Part shown: piece by piece, positions 10,201 through 20,769 of the stretch
Layout: each line of letters starts with the position of its first letter
How positions within the stretch are numbered: position 1 is the stretch's first letter
Assembly (NCBI GenBank): GCA_963422265.1
Contig: OY729416.1
Coordinates: 1,664,001 to 1,728,000, forward strand
DNA length: 64,000 nucleotides
Reading direction: 5' to 3'
DNA from: Thermodesulfobacteriota bacterium
GTDB lineage: Bacteria > Desulfobacterota_D > UBA1144 > Nemesobacterales > UBA2774
Notes under the pieces: model-generated
Seen by the model: the letters and a program-made list of their open reading frames with translations, nothing else
Database searches by the model: none
What the model was told of the DNA's origin: nothing
Made by a program: the position numbers and the translations under genes

Positions 10201-10836
10201 TGTAACACCTTTCTAAATACAGCATCTATTGAGATGTTAACATTAAACTAGACTAACAATCAAGGGGGGGGGACAGGTGCTACAAGTAGGATTCTTTAAA
10301 AACTTGCCTTTTTAGCAATCCCCAGCGTTTTTTCTGGATTCCTAGTTCGCATAGGGCGACCACACTTGTCCACATGTGATTTTGAGCGAGGAAGGGGCGC
10401 CTTATGGAAGGAATGGGAAGTGAATTCTATTTCTCGCCCTGAACCATGCCCCAAGCTTCTCGATCTGCTCTTTAGATTGGTCACGTTTTGTGTAACTTTC
10501 CTTCCGTTTTGATATGTATTCTTGAGTTTCCCGCGGAGTTGCGACGTATAGGTAATTATGTCCCCACCAAACTGTTCCTACCAGATAACCAATGGAAGCC
10601 AAAAGAGCAACCACTGAGATTCCTATAAAAATACGAGAGGGTCCAAAATCAGATTTTATTGCATAGACAACAATGAATTTGTATATAAAGAAGATTTGAC
10701 AATAAAAAGGGAAAATAAGAAGGCGGGATCGGTAGATATAACCAGAGTAAATGGTACAGATAACCCCATTTTGTTTTAGTAGTAGCTTACAGAGATAATT
10801 CAGTTGATTTTTACAAAGGAAGACTATCGGATGGCT

Positions 10837-11020
10837 TCAAAAATCCATTGATTCATAGAATTTCTCAGCAACTTTCTCACACCCTGAAGCATCAGGATGG
10901 CTTTCGTCACCCCAGTCGTCCTTTTCCAGTTCTAAAGTTGAAGTATCGAGAAATATTAAGCATTTCTTATATTCTTGTTCAGGACCCACTAGCATTTTTC
11001 TCATCTGTTCCACTTCTACA
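10837..11020 (-). pseudogene. C-terminal remnant of an SGNH/GDSL-like hydrolase
   Basis: WGDESHPDASGCEKVAEKF resembles the DxxHP block V; the 5' part of the ORF is REP-derived sequence. Confidence 0.45.
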
Positions 11021-11452
11021 ACAAGTGAAGGGGCGGGACGGAAGAGAGAAAGATTGCTCAACACTGCTTCGCTCTGTTCGGCATGACAGCGGGGGAGCTT
11101 CACTTGGAACGGCAGAAGGGGGATTGGAACACTTGGCTGAGCACCCGTAAGTCCACGTGGTTACTGCAACGAACAAGAAAATCCAACCCTAACCCTCCTT
11201 TACGAAAGGAGGGGAATATATTTTCTAACCTCAGAGATTAACAGGAGACTTTGAAGTGCTTGGCTAGATGTAACCTTATCCTCAATTATGTTCCAATAAG
11301 GAAGCTATAAAAGGGTTGATAATATGTCTCCCGAGCGGAGCCGAGGGGGGGGAACGAGTAACTCCTTTAGCAACATAAGTATTGATTGGGAGAAGCTATC
11401 TTGACACTTTCTTGCTGTCTAGTATATATTTAATGCAAGATAAAAAAGGAGG

Positions 11453-11773
11453 ATGTTTATGACTGAGCAGGCGATCTTGCAGTCTATACAAGATGGTATC
11501 GGCCGTATAGAAAGGGATATAAATGGGTTTCAGGGGGAATTTCAGGAGTTTAAGGGAGAGTTTAAGGGGTTTCAGGGGGAATTCCAGGAGTTTAAGAAAG
11601 AGGTTCATGCTAAGTTTGAGCAAATAGATAATAGGTTGGAGCAGGTGGACAACAAACTGAACAAGATTGATAACAGGTTAATAAGAATAGAGGACATCTT
11701 GGACAGAACTAAAATAACTGCCATAGCCGATAATGAGGCGGCTTTTATGTCTGCAATGAATAGACAGCGTTAA
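11453..11773 (+). CDS. Coiled-coil heptad-repeat protein
   Basis: GEFQEFK/GEFKGFQ heptads; AGGAGG RBS suggests a start at 11459. Confidence 0.7.
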   Translation: MFMTEQAILQSIQDGIGRIERDINGFQGEFQEFKGEFKGFQGEFQEFKKEVHAKFEQIDNRLEQVDNKLNKIDNRLIRIEDILDRTKITAIADNEAAFMSAMNRQR

Positions 11774-11929
11774 ACTGAAGTTGAAGCAAGTAGTGGTATA
11801 TATTGTGTTTCATCTCTGTTCGTCTTCGTCAACATCTGCTAAATACTGAAAAACAAATCCATTGTGCCTCTACGTCTCATGGATGACAAATGACAGTGAG
11901 GCTACATCCCGGGCGTTATTACCAACTTG

Positions 11930-12620
11930 ATTGAGAATCCAGAACGGGGAACTTGGGAGTTCCTTCCTTGTATTGTTCCCCCTTTATCTAAAGGGGGATA
12001 TAGGGGGATTTGACGGGCGATGTCCTGAGTCTGCCGAAGGGCAAAATACAACCGATAAATTCTGTCTTCTCCCTCTCCTGCGTAAGCAGGAATCCAGAGG
12101 GAGGGATTTCTGTTCCTTCCACATTCGTAGGGATAACCCTTGTTGTTACCTTGTCCTTAGGTTCTTAGGGCGAGACCATCCTTCAAACAGGCGTAGGAGA
12201 TCGCTAGGGAGATCGTCCTGTGGGTAAAGATAAAATCCACCCTAACCCTCCTTTACAAAAGGAGGGGAATATCCTTTACTAATCTCAGAGCTTGACAAGA
12301 GACTTTGCCCTCTTTGCTATACGTGCATGGACTACTCATTTTTTCTCCCCCTTTATCTAAAGGGGGATATAGGGGGATTTGACGGGCGATGTCCTGAGTC
12401 TGCCGAAGGGCAAAATACAACCGATAAATTCCGTCTTCTCCCTCTCCTGCGTAAGCAGGAATCCAGAGGGAGGGATTTCTGTTCCTTCCACATTCGTAGG
12501 GGTAACCCTTGTGGTTACCCACACCACCACACCCCCAGTCATTCCCAATTATATTGGGAATCCGGAAATGGTTTGGCAGGCTCACCAATCAGAGGGTTGG
12601 GGAACGAGACCCTTTCCTTA
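11930..12620. repeat. Mosaic REP array with an internal ~165-bp duplication
   Basis: 11980-12145 matches 12345-12510; the same block recurs at about 21375 and 21720. Confidence 0.85.
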
Positions 12621-12740
12621 TATAATCTGCTCGAGAGTGAGACGCCTAGTAGGAGCGAGCATAGATTGATATAAAGCCTCATTATTGCTAGATTAGTAAA
12701 ATAAGAGATGGAAAAAAGAGTCTCCTTGGGATATTAAGGC

Positions 12741-13352
12741 ATGGATATAAGAACTTTTGGATCTATTGCTCCTGTTGTCGCCGTCCTAGCTGCTATAGTC
12801 GCCGTTGGCGTTTGGATAGGCGGATTAGAGTATAAAGTAGAAACTATTGATGGAGACGTGCGGGAGCTAAAGTCTGATGTAGGTCAACTAAAGTCCGACG
12901 TGAGCCAACTAAAGTCTGATGTAGGTCAGCTAAAGTCCGATGTAAGTCAACTAAAGTCCGACGCGGTCGAACTAAAAGCATACGTAAATATAATTCTGTC
13001 TAACATTGGAGTGGGAACGACTACCTCTACGCATCCGGTCAAACTGTCAAAGGTAGGGAAAGAGATAGCTACAAACATAAATGCGGAAGGGATAGTAAAA
13101 ATGCGAATTGACGAATTGCGTCCTGAGTTTGTGTCTATCTCTAACAGTTATGACATTCAAGAGAAAGCTATGGAGTTAGGAGAGTCCATTTATAAAGGGC
13201 TCGGTGACGGTTCTAAAGATAAAGACATTATTAAGCAGGAAGCATTTAAGAACGGATTGCCAGTCTCCCAAATATATCCAGTCTTCTCTGTTTTGCTAAG
13301 AGACACCATATTAAAAGAGAAAGGTATCCCCCTGCAAATAAGCCCGGGATGA
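12741..13352 (+). CDS. N-terminal TM + coiled-coil heptad-repeat protein
   Basis: Hydrophobic N-terminus; 21-bp repeats encoding LKSDVGQ/LKSDVSQ. Confidence 0.75.
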   Translation: MDIRTFGSIAPVVAVLAAIVAVGVWIGGLEYKVETIDGDVRELKSDVGQLKSDVSQLKSDVGQLKSDVSQLKSDAVELKAYVNIILSNIGVGTTTSTHPVKLSKVGKEIATNINAEGIVKMRIDELRPEFVSISNSYDIQEKAMELGESIYKGLGDGSKDKDIIKQEAFKNGLPVSQIYPVFSVLLRDTILKEKGIPLQISPG

Positions 13353-13416
13353 CAATTTAGTGGGGGCGGCGGTAGAATAAGTATGAATCACCCCTCTGGA
13401 TAGCTTTTATCAGCAA

Positions 13417-14466
13417 TTAGGCTTCTCTCTCTCTTGCTTCATCAATGAAGTTAGGTATAACCCTTTTGCCGAATGTTTCTATACAGCTAGTGATAACCTC
13501 ATGACTTGCCTGGGGGAAAACCATGCGGCACGAAATATAGCTAATACCAAGTTTGTCTCTATAAGCTTCTATTTCTTTTATACAATCCTCTGGTGTTCCT
13601 ATAATAAAACGCTCTTCGGCGAGATGCTTAAAAAGAGGGTCGTCTAAATCCTTAAGCTGTTGTCCCCTTACAAACATTTTGACACCCAGCGTGAAGTAAT
13701 ATTTATACATGCTTATAATGTATTTATTCCCACCCTCTATCGCCTTTTGCTTATTATCCGCAACGAAGGTCTCTCTCAAAAGCACGTGTTCTATCTTGCC
13801 TGCGTCTCTTCCCGTTTTCTTTGCCTCGTCGTCATAGCAGGCGAGAGTATCCCTTGCCATGTCAACCGTTCTACCCGGACCTATTAGCAGTGGATAACCA
13901 TATCTTGCAGCCCGCCTGATTGCAGGCTCTTCAAACGCCCCGACGTATATTGGTATCGGGTTTTGCACAGGTGTAGGCGTAAGCTTTGCATTGTCAAAAC
14001 TATATCTTTTGCCTTTATAACTAAATGTTCTTCCACTAAGTGCTTTTTCAAGAACCTCTATTCCTTCGTTCATCCTTGAAGGTCTTTGGCTTATTGGAAT
14101 GCCCATACCTTCAAATTCTTCTTTCCTATAACCCAATACGACGCCGAGATCAAACCTGCCGTTTGAGATATTGTCCACAACCGTTGAGTCCTCCGCCACT
14201 TTCAAAGGATTATGCAACGGAAGTATAGTTCCCGAAGAACCGATCCTTATCCTGCTCGTGACAGCCGCCATAGCCGCAGCGACCACAGCGGGCGACGGAC
14301 AATAGCCATCATCTAAGAAATGATGCTCGGATATCCACGCCGAATGAAAACTCACCGCTTCCGCCGTCTTGACCTGCTCAAGCGTGTTTCTATAAATTGC
14401 AGGATGATCGTAAGGCAGTTGCTTGTGCGTCTGCATACCAAAAAGACCGACGCCGAATTTCATCAA
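13417..14466 (-). CDS. LLM-class flavin-dependent oxidoreductase
   Basis: WISEHHF, LPLHNPLKVAED, SNGRFDLGVVLGYR motifs. Confidence 0.9.
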   Translation of the reverse strand: MMKFGVGLFGMQTHKQLPYDHPAIYRNTLEQVKTAEAVSFHSAWISEHHFLDDGYCPSPAVVAAAMAAVTSRIRIGSSGTILPLHNPLKVAEDSTVVDNISNGRFDLGVVLGYRKEEFEGMGIPISQRPSRMNEGIEVLEKALSGRTFSYKGKRYSFDNAKLTPTPVQNPIPIYVGAFEEPAIRRAARYGYPLLIGPGRTVDMARDTLACYDDEAKKTGRDAGKIEHVLLRETFVADNKQKAIEGGNKYIISMYKYYFTLGVKMFVRGQQLKDLDDPLFKHLAEERFIIGTPEDCIKEIEAYRDKLGISYISCRMVFPQASHEVITSCIETFGKRVIPNFIDEAREREA

Positions 14467-14475
14467 AAGCTCCTC

Positions 14476-14889
14476 CTAATCTGACTGCTCAACGACCAAA
14501 CTCTCGGTAGGATTGTCGTCCATTGAGCATCTTCCACTATGCTTTCCACCATTTTCTACTATTAAGGAATTAGTAAAAATATCACCCACAATCATGCCGC
14601 TGCTTTTGAGCTCTGTCCTGTTTGAGTTAATCGTCCCATCTACTCTACCATAAATGACTGCCTCAAGAGCTTTTATTTCTCCTGTAATTTTGCCTTGTTC
14701 GCCTATAACAACGCTTTTATCACCCTCTATCTTTCCGTTTAGTTTGCCATCTACGCGTATTGACGAGGATGAGAAAATATCTCCCTCCAGCGAGCACTCC
14801 TCACCTATAATAGTGGTAATGTGATCAGACACCTTTCTACTGGCACTAGAACTGGAACTATTATTCCGCTTCTTTCTCTCTCCAAACAT
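14476..14889 (-). CDS. Bactofilin (polymer-forming cytoskeletal protein)
   Basis: TIIGEECSLEGDI..IRVDGKLNGKI beta-helix repeats; adjacent to an M23 peptidase. Confidence 0.9.
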   Translation of the reverse strand: MFGERKKRNNSSSSSASRKVSDHITTIIGEECSLEGDIFSSSSIRVDGKLNGKIEGDKSVVIGEQGKITGEIKALEAVIYGRVDGTINSNRTELKSSGMIVGDIFTNSLIVENGGKHSGRCSMDDNPTESLVVEQSD

Positions 14890-14894
14890 AATAG

Positions 14895-15746
14895 TTACTT
14901 TAGTGAAAGGAATTTTGCAGGGTTTATCTTTTTGCCGTTTTTCCTGATCTCGTAATGTAGGTGTGATCCGGTTGACCTGCCCGATGAACCCGCCTTTCCT
15001 ATCGTTTGTCCCCCTTGTATTTTCTGATTCCTTTTAACAGTTATTTTCGATAAATGTCCATATAAAGTTTCAAAACCACCCTTGTGCCCAATCACAACCG
15101 TTCTGCCATAACCACCGTTCCAGCCCGTCTTTTTAACGACTCCGTCGGCGGTCGCTACAATCGGCGCGCCGTAGTTGGCGTCTATATCTATACCAGGGTG
15201 CATGCTGCGCCTCTTGTTGAAAGGGTCTATTCTATAGCCAAACCTAGAATTAACCCTTCCCTCTAAAGGGACGCCTACTGGAGTATTTTTGATAGTATAA
15301 AGCATACTGTCAATATCCCTGCCTAGGGAATCTAAATAGAGTTCATCTATCTTATCAGGAGAAATAAACTCTCCGCCGATGGACAGCTTTTTCTTAACTC
15401 CTTTTTTCTCTAGGGTTTCCTGCATGTCTAAAAGGGACTCCTCTATGCTCAAGAGTCTGGTTTTCAGCCTTTCTTCGGCCGCTTTAGCATTTTTTATGTC
15501 ATGACTCAGAAAACCTATAATGGAACTTAAGATCACATTATCCGACTTGGTTTGCAGTGCGGAAACCTGATGGTTTTCAAAGGTGTAATATAGCAAGTAG
15601 TTAATGCTTACGGATAGTAAAAGCAAAAACGCAAATGCCCCGGTTAGGGCAAAAAACGCTTTTAAGTGAATTGTCTTAAAGCTAAACGCCTTAACCGATT
15701 TGCCACCAGGACTCATCATAATAATAGAAAAACGATCATTAACCAT
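14895..15746 (-). CDS. M23 family metallopeptidase
   Basis: HPGID, YGHLS, STGSHLHYE motifs; N-terminal TM and coiled coil. Confidence 0.92.
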   Translation of the reverse strand: MVNDRFSIIMMSPGGKSVKAFSFKTIHLKAFFALTGAFAFLLLLSVSINYLLYYTFENHQVSALQTKSDNVILSSIIGFLSHDIKNAKAAEERLKTRLLSIEESLLDMQETLEKKGVKKKLSIGGEFISPDKIDELYLDSLGRDIDSMLYTIKNTPVGVPLEGRVNSRFGYRIDPFNKRRSMHPGIDIDANYGAPIVATADGVVKKTGWNGGYGRTVVIGHKGGFETLYGHLSKITVKRNQKIQGGQTIGKAGSSGRSTGSHLHYEIRKNGKKINPAKFLSLK

Positions 15747-15894
15747 TAATTTCTCCTAATTTCTCCTTTTGATTTTCTCCAGCTGACGATGTAGCTACGC
15801 AAGTAATCTCTACCATTAAACAATCAATATTACATTTGTTCTAAATAAAGCTCAAGAGTTTATAGCAAGTTAGGATAAAGAGCAAGGGTTTTCT

Positions 15895-16210
15895 CCACAG
15901 ACAAGAAAATCTACCCTACCCCTCCCTTTACGAAAGGAGGGGAATATCCTTTCTAACCTCTGAGCCTACCGAAGGGAGAAGCGTAACCGAGAAATCTCAT
16001 CTTCTTCCCCTCTCCCTCTAGGAGAGGGTAGGGGTGAGGGCGCTGTCATTCCCGTCCCTGTGCGATTTTTCTATCCTCTATATTCGTCGTTCCCAGCTTG
16101 ACTGAGAATCCAGAAAGTGGATCGGGTAATGAGTCCCTTCCTTATTATATCCCTCTCTCCTCCCCCTATCTCCTTACTGGATTCCTACAGGGGACTGTCC
16201 CTACAGGAGT
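15895..16210. repeat. Mosaic REP array
   Basis: CCCTTTACGAAAGGAGGGG, CTGAGCCTACCGAAGG, GGAGAGGGTAGGGGTGAGGG, GTCATTCCC modules. Confidence 0.75.
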
Positions 16211-16427
16211 CTAGCGTCTTTGAGTTTGTGGCAAGGCAGAGGTTTCAATACGAAACGAGCCAAAAATTAGAAAAACGAGGTGACTAAAAAACTCGCCAAA
16301 CAAAGCAATAGCGAGAAAAAATATACGCCATTTTCCCCCTGAGAACGAACCTATTCATTAGCTTGACAGAAGCCTAATTATGTAAGAAAATTAAGCTCCC
16401 GTAGTTAGGATGCTTTGATATTTCTAT

Positions 16428-16502
16428 GAGCGCGTAGCTCAGGGGGAGAGCGCTTGCTTGACACGCAAGAGGTCGCAGGTTCAAATCCTGTCGTGCTCAC
16501 CA
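16428..16502 (+). tRNA. tRNA-Val (GAC)
   Basis: Acceptor stem GAGCGCG/CGTGCTC, anticodon arm CTTGC-TTGACAC-GCAAG, GGTTCAAATCC T-arm, encoded CCA. Confidence 0.96.
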
Positions 16503-16567
16503 ACTGCTAATACCCTCAATTACATAGGCGCGGGACGCTCAAACGTCACAATAGCGGAAATGAATAT

Positions 16568-18502
16568 ATGGCGGAAGTAAATATATGGTTGCCCAAAGGG
16601 ATAGAAAGGACATTTTCCAAAGGCGTTACCGTAGGTGAGGTCTTGGACTGGGCAAGCGCCCGCAATGGCAGCGTGGGTGCTATGGTGAACGGCGAGCCAG
16701 TGGATTACTGGTTCGAAATAGAGGCGGATTCAGAGGTCTCCCCTATTAAAATGGGTTCGGAAGAGGGACTCATCTTCGTTAGGCACACCGCAGCTCACGT
16801 TATGGCTGAAGCCGTGCAAAGCATATTTCCCGAAGCGAAGGTTACTATCGGACCCGTAATTGAAAACGGCTTTTATTATGACTTTGACTTCCAACGTGGA
16901 TTTACTCTCGAAGATCTGGAGAGGATAGAGGAAAAGATGAGAGAAATCATCTCCGATGCAAAGCCCCTGATTCGCAGGAAAGTCTCAAGACAAGAAGCTA
17001 TAAACACCTTCGCGGAAGAAGGGGAGAACTATAAGGTCGAGATTGCCAAGAGCCTTCCCTCCGATGTGCCCATTACCACGTATGAGCAAGGCGAATGGCG
17101 TGACCTTTGTAAGGGTCCACACGCCCCGCACACCGGTTTCGTAAAATCTTTTAAGCTGCTCAGCTCGGCTGGGGCATATTGGAAGGGCAACGAGAATAAC
17201 CCTATGCTTCAAAGAATCTATGGAACCGCCTTCTGGAACAATAAGAATCTAAAAAAACACCTAACGCGGATAGAAGAGGCTAAAAAACGCGACCATAGAA
17301 AGCTTGGTAAAGAGCTTGATCTGTTCACCATACGTGACGAGATAGGGGCAGGTCTTGTGCTTTGGCACCCAAAAGGCTCAAGAATAAGAAGGGTAATTGA
17401 AGATTTTTGGCGCTTCCAGCACGATCGTTACGGATATGAGCTTTTATACACGCCTCACATAGCGAAAATAGACCTCTGGAAAACCAGCGGTCATCTGGAA
17501 TTCTACAAAGAAAATATGTATCCACAAATGGAGCTTGATAATGCCAAGTATCAGATCAAGCCTATGAATTGCCCCTTTCATATAATGATTTATAAGACCG
17601 ACACGAGAAGCTACAGAGACTTGCCCCTCAGATGGGCTGAAATAGGAACGGTATATCGCTACGAGCGTTCGGGTGTCCTGCACGGGCTGCTCAGGGTAAG
17701 AGGATTTTCTCAGGACGACGCTCATATTTTCTGTAAGCCCGATCAAATAGAGCAAGAGGTGCTCGGCGTTCTTGATCTCACCATCTTGTTTCTCAGGACC
17801 TTCGGTTTTGACGATTACGAGATTTACCTTTCTACCATTCCCGATAAGTTCGTTGGAGAGAAGGACGTTTGGGATAAGGCAACCAAGGCGCTCAAGAGCG
17901 CTCTAAACTCCAAAGGGCTAAGCTACGAAGTGGATGAGGGAGGAGGGGCTTTCTACGGACCCAAGATAGACCTAAAGATAAAAGACGTATTGGGCAGGGC
18001 TTGGCAATGCTCTACGGTTCAGGTAGATTTTAACCTACCCGATAGATTCGACTTAAGTTTTATAGGAGATGATAATAACCGTCACCGACCTATAATGATT
18101 CATCGCGCTATCTTTGGGTCTATGGAAAGGTTCTTCGGCGTGCTTATAGAGCATTACGGCGGGGCTTTTCCCCTGTGGCTAAGTCCCGTTCAGGTTCGCA
18201 TAGCCACAATAGCGGATGAGCAGAAAGAGTATGCGGAGAGCGTTTACCAAGCGTTAAAAAATGATAGTATTAGGGTAGAGAAAGATTTTAGAAATGAAAA
18301 ACTCGGATTTAAGGTAAGGGAGGCGCAGTTGCAAAAGATTCCTTATCTGCTAGTGATAGGTAAAAGTGAGGCGGACGCCCAAACGGTTGCCCCGAGAAAG
18401 CTCGGGGGTAAAAATCTTGCCCCGATGAAAATAGAGGAATTTCTGCTCCATATAGCCAGGGAGCGCTATCCTGAGAAGTGGAGGGAGGTAGAGGAAAGAT
18501 AG
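16568..18502 (+). CDS. thrS: Threonine--tRNA ligase
   Basis: TGS domain, HTAAHVMA, DLCKGPH, KPMNCPFH, RYERSG motifs. Confidence 0.98.
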   Translation: MAEVNIWLPKGIERTFSKGVTVGEVLDWASARNGSVGAMVNGEPVDYWFEIEADSEVSPIKMGSEEGLIFVRHTAAHVMAEAVQSIFPEAKVTIGPVIENGFYYDFDFQRGFTLEDLERIEEKMREIISDAKPLIRRKVSRQEAINTFAEEGENYKVEIAKSLPSDVPITTYEQGEWRDLCKGPHAPHTGFVKSFKLLSSAGAYWKGNENNPMLQRIYGTAFWNNKNLKKHLTRIEEAKKRDHRKLGKELDLFTIRDEIGAGLVLWHPKGSRIRRVIEDFWRFQHDRYGYELLYTPHIAKIDLWKTSGHLEFYKENMYPQMELDNAKYQIKPMNCPFHIMIYKTDTRSYRDLPLRWAEIGTVYRYERSGVLHGLLRVRGFSQDDAHIFCKPDQIEQEVLGVLDLTILFLRTFGFDDYEIYLSTIPDKFVGEKDVWDKATKALKSALNSKGLSYEVDEGGGAFYGPKIDLKIKDVLGRAWQCSTVQVDFNLPDRFDLSFIGDDNNRHRPIMIHRAIFGSMERFFGVLIEHYGGAFPLWLSPVQVRIATIADEQKEYAESVYQALKNDSIRVEKDFRNEKLGFKVREAQLQKIPYLLVIGKSEADAQTVAPRKLGGKNLAPMKIEEFLLHIARERYPEKWREVEER

Positions 18503-19041
18503 CTAAGATCAAAGGAAGAAGTAGTAGAAGAAGAGAGCCTGAAGTAAGAATTAACAATAGAATTAGGGCGCAGGAAGTTCGAGTCGTTGACGAGTCTGGG
18601 GGCCAGCTTGGGGTACTTCCACTAAGAGAGGCGCTCAAAATATCTCAGGAACGGGAAACTGACCTCGTAGAGATAGCGCCAAACACCTCGCCACCCGTCT
18701 GTAGGCTGATGGATTATGGCAAATACAAGTATGACCTCAAAAAGCAGGCAAGCGCCAAAAAACAGAAAGTTCAGGTATTAAAGGAAATAAAGTTTCGTCC
18801 TAATATCGGAGATCACGATCTTGAGGTGAAAATAAATCGTATTAGAGAGTTCTTAGAAGACGACAACAAAACCAAAATCAGGATATTCTTTAGAGGCAGG
18901 GAAATCGTGCATAGTCAAATAGGACGATTGCTCGCAAATCGCATACTTGAAAGAGTGTCCGATTTAGGGGGCGTTGATATGCCTCCTAAGCTTGAAGGCA
19001 AGAACCTGACGATGGTTATATTGCCAAAGAAAGACTCTTAA
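18499..19041 (+). CDS. infC: Translation initiation factor IF-3 (probable ATA start)
   Basis: RINNRIRAQEVRVV, PPVCRLMDYGKYKY, KEIKFRP; GGAGGT at 18484-18489 lies 9 nt before an in-frame ATA. Confidence 0.95.
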   Translation: MAKIKGRSSRRREPEVRINNRIRAQEVRVVDESGGQLGVLPLREALKISQERETDLVEIAPNTSPPVCRLMDYGKYKYDLKKQASAKKQKVQVLKEIKFRPNIGDHDLEVKINRIREFLEDDNKTKIRIFFRGREIVHSQIGRLLANRILERVSDLGGVDMPPKLEGKNLTMVILPKKDS

Positions 19042-19054
19042 GGTAGGAAGGGAA

Positions 19055-19258
19055 ATGCCAAAGTTAAAGATGAAATCCAACAGGAGCGCCGCCAAGAGGT
19101 TTAGGGTTACCGCAAGCGGCAAGATTAAAAGAGCGCGAGGTGGCGGTAGTCACCTAAACATTAAAAAGAATCGCAAGCGCATGAGAAGGCTTAAATCCGC
19201 TGATTACGTATCGGGAGGCGAAGCCAAGAGGATAAAGTCCTATATCCTTAAAGGTTAA
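19055..19258 (+). CDS. rpmI: 50S ribosomal protein L35
   Basis: MKSNRSAAKRFRVTASGKIKR; position between infC and rplT. Confidence 0.97.
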   Translation: MPKLKMKSNRSAAKRFRVTASGKIKRARGGGSHLNIKKNRKRMRRLKSADYVSGGEAKRIKSYILKG

Positions 19259-19278
19259 ACTGAGGAGGGTGAAGTCGA

Positions 19279-19632
19279 ATGAGGGTAAAAAAGAGCGTAG
19301 CCTCCAGGAAGAGAAGAAAGAGGCTATTAAAGCTAGCCAAGGGCTACTGGGGTAGCAGAAAAAATAGTATTAGAAGAGCGAAAGAAACAATAATTCGCGC
19401 CCTAGCATATTCTTACAGGGATAGACGTCAACGGAAAAGGGATTTTAGAAGGCTATGGATAGCAAGGATCAATGCAGCCGTCCGGCCTTACGGTTTCTCC
19501 TACAGTAAGTTCATGGGAGCCTTAAAAAAAGCAGGGGTGGAACTTGATAGAAAGACGCTCTCTGAAATGGCGATTAGAGAGCCTGAAACCTTCAAAGCCG
19601 TAGTGGGCGTTGCAAGGTCGGGTCTGAATTAA
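19279..19632 (+). CDS. rplT: 50S ribosomal protein L20
   Basis: AKGYWG, RDRRQRKRDFRRLWIARINAA. Confidence 0.98.
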   Translation: MRVKKSVASRKRRKRLLKLAKGYWGSRKNSIRRAKETIIRALAYSYRDRRQRKRDFRRLWIARINAAVRPYGFSYSKFMGALKKAGVELDRKTLSEMAIREPETFKAVVGVARSGLN

Positions 19633-19992
19633 ACAGGTGGAAAGAAAATCATGTCCCCGAGTACGATAAAGGGAGAGGACGTTACCAATATCTACCTAAA
19701 GACGCTAGAATAGGTTAACAAGCAGTCCCAGCAATACGTGAAAGTTAGTGAGATTTATAAGCTACCTATACAGAAAGGGGGAAAGAAAATACAATATCAG
19801 CATCCTAGTCCCGAACGTCCCCTGACGGCTAATACAATTCGCATCAAGTAAAACGGAGTGCCCATGGCATCCTGGAGAGAACTTTTCTAAAGCTCAGAAC
19901 AAGTCAGAATGGCTTGATGAAAAACTGGAAAAGTGTTTACTTTATATCTCGGAGCGTCGCGATGAGGCTAAATGTATCTCTTTCTTACTACC

Positions 19993-20649
19993 TCACGCCG
20001 TATGTGGATCATAACGTAAGGGACATTCCTCGCAGTCCGGTGAGCTTTTTTTGCACTTCTCCTTCGCCACTCTTACCAGTAAAGCATGATACTCATTATA
20101 GGTTTGGACGTCCTTTGCGAGAGAGTCCATAAACAACTCCTGCATTTCACCATAGCTAGCGGACTCTGGGACAAGCCCGTGCCTGGATAGTATCCTGTAA
20201 GTATAGGAATCAATTACGAATATAGGTTTGTCTCCCGCATAAAGGAGTATGCTATCTGCAGTTTCTGGACCTATTCCGCTGACGCCTAGAAGCTCATTTC
20301 TAAGCTGGGCAAGATTGGTTTCAAACATCCTTTCAAGTTCTCCTCCGTAGTTTTGCGTCACAAAGCGGACAAAGTTTTTTAGCTTCTTTGCTTTTTGGTT
20401 GTAGTATCCCGATGAATGGATCAAGCTCGCTAGCTCATCTATAGTCAATAGATTCAGCTTTTCTAGCGAAAGAAGGCGGTTCTTCTTCAAATTGTTTAAG
20501 GCTTTTGCAGCATTGCTCCAAGACGTGCTCTGCGTCAATATTGCCCCGACCGCGCATTCAAGCGGAGAATCTCCAGGCCACCACCCCTGAGTACCGTAAC
20601 ACTTATAAAGCTCCTTATAAAATCTACGGATACGCTCGGATCTAGTCAT
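19993..20649 (-). CDS. Endonuclease III-like HhH-GPD DNA glycosylase
   Basis: QGWWP, GAILTQ, GIGPETADSILLY, C-terminal Cys cluster; start placed at ATG 20649. Confidence 0.88.
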   Translation of the reverse strand: MTRSERIRRFYKELYKCYGTQGWWPGDSPLECAVGAILTQSTSWSNAAKALNNLKKNRLLSLEKLNLLTIDELASLIHSSGYYNQKAKKLKNFVRFVTQNYGGELERMFETNLAQLRNELLGVSGIGPETADSILLYAGDKPIFVIDSYTYRILSRHGLVPESASYGEMQELFMDSLAKDVQTYNEYHALLVRVAKEKCKKSSPDCEECPLRYDPHTA

Positions 20650-20769
20650 AATTGTAAAATCCGAATATAAAGGACATCGGAATGGGAGATTAGATAACAC
20701 TATAAAGCAAGTAGTCGCCGCCTGCATAAGTCATTCTTTCCACCTTGCCCATCCCCGTAATATACCCTA

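Noticed and set aside
10296-10614. Two short minus-strand ORFs as genes
   Set aside because: Probably pieces of a decayed membrane-protein gene; no family or boundaries can be supported
19640-19990. Possible pheS or small gene after rplT
   Set aside because: No recognisable coding sequence; only short interrupted frames
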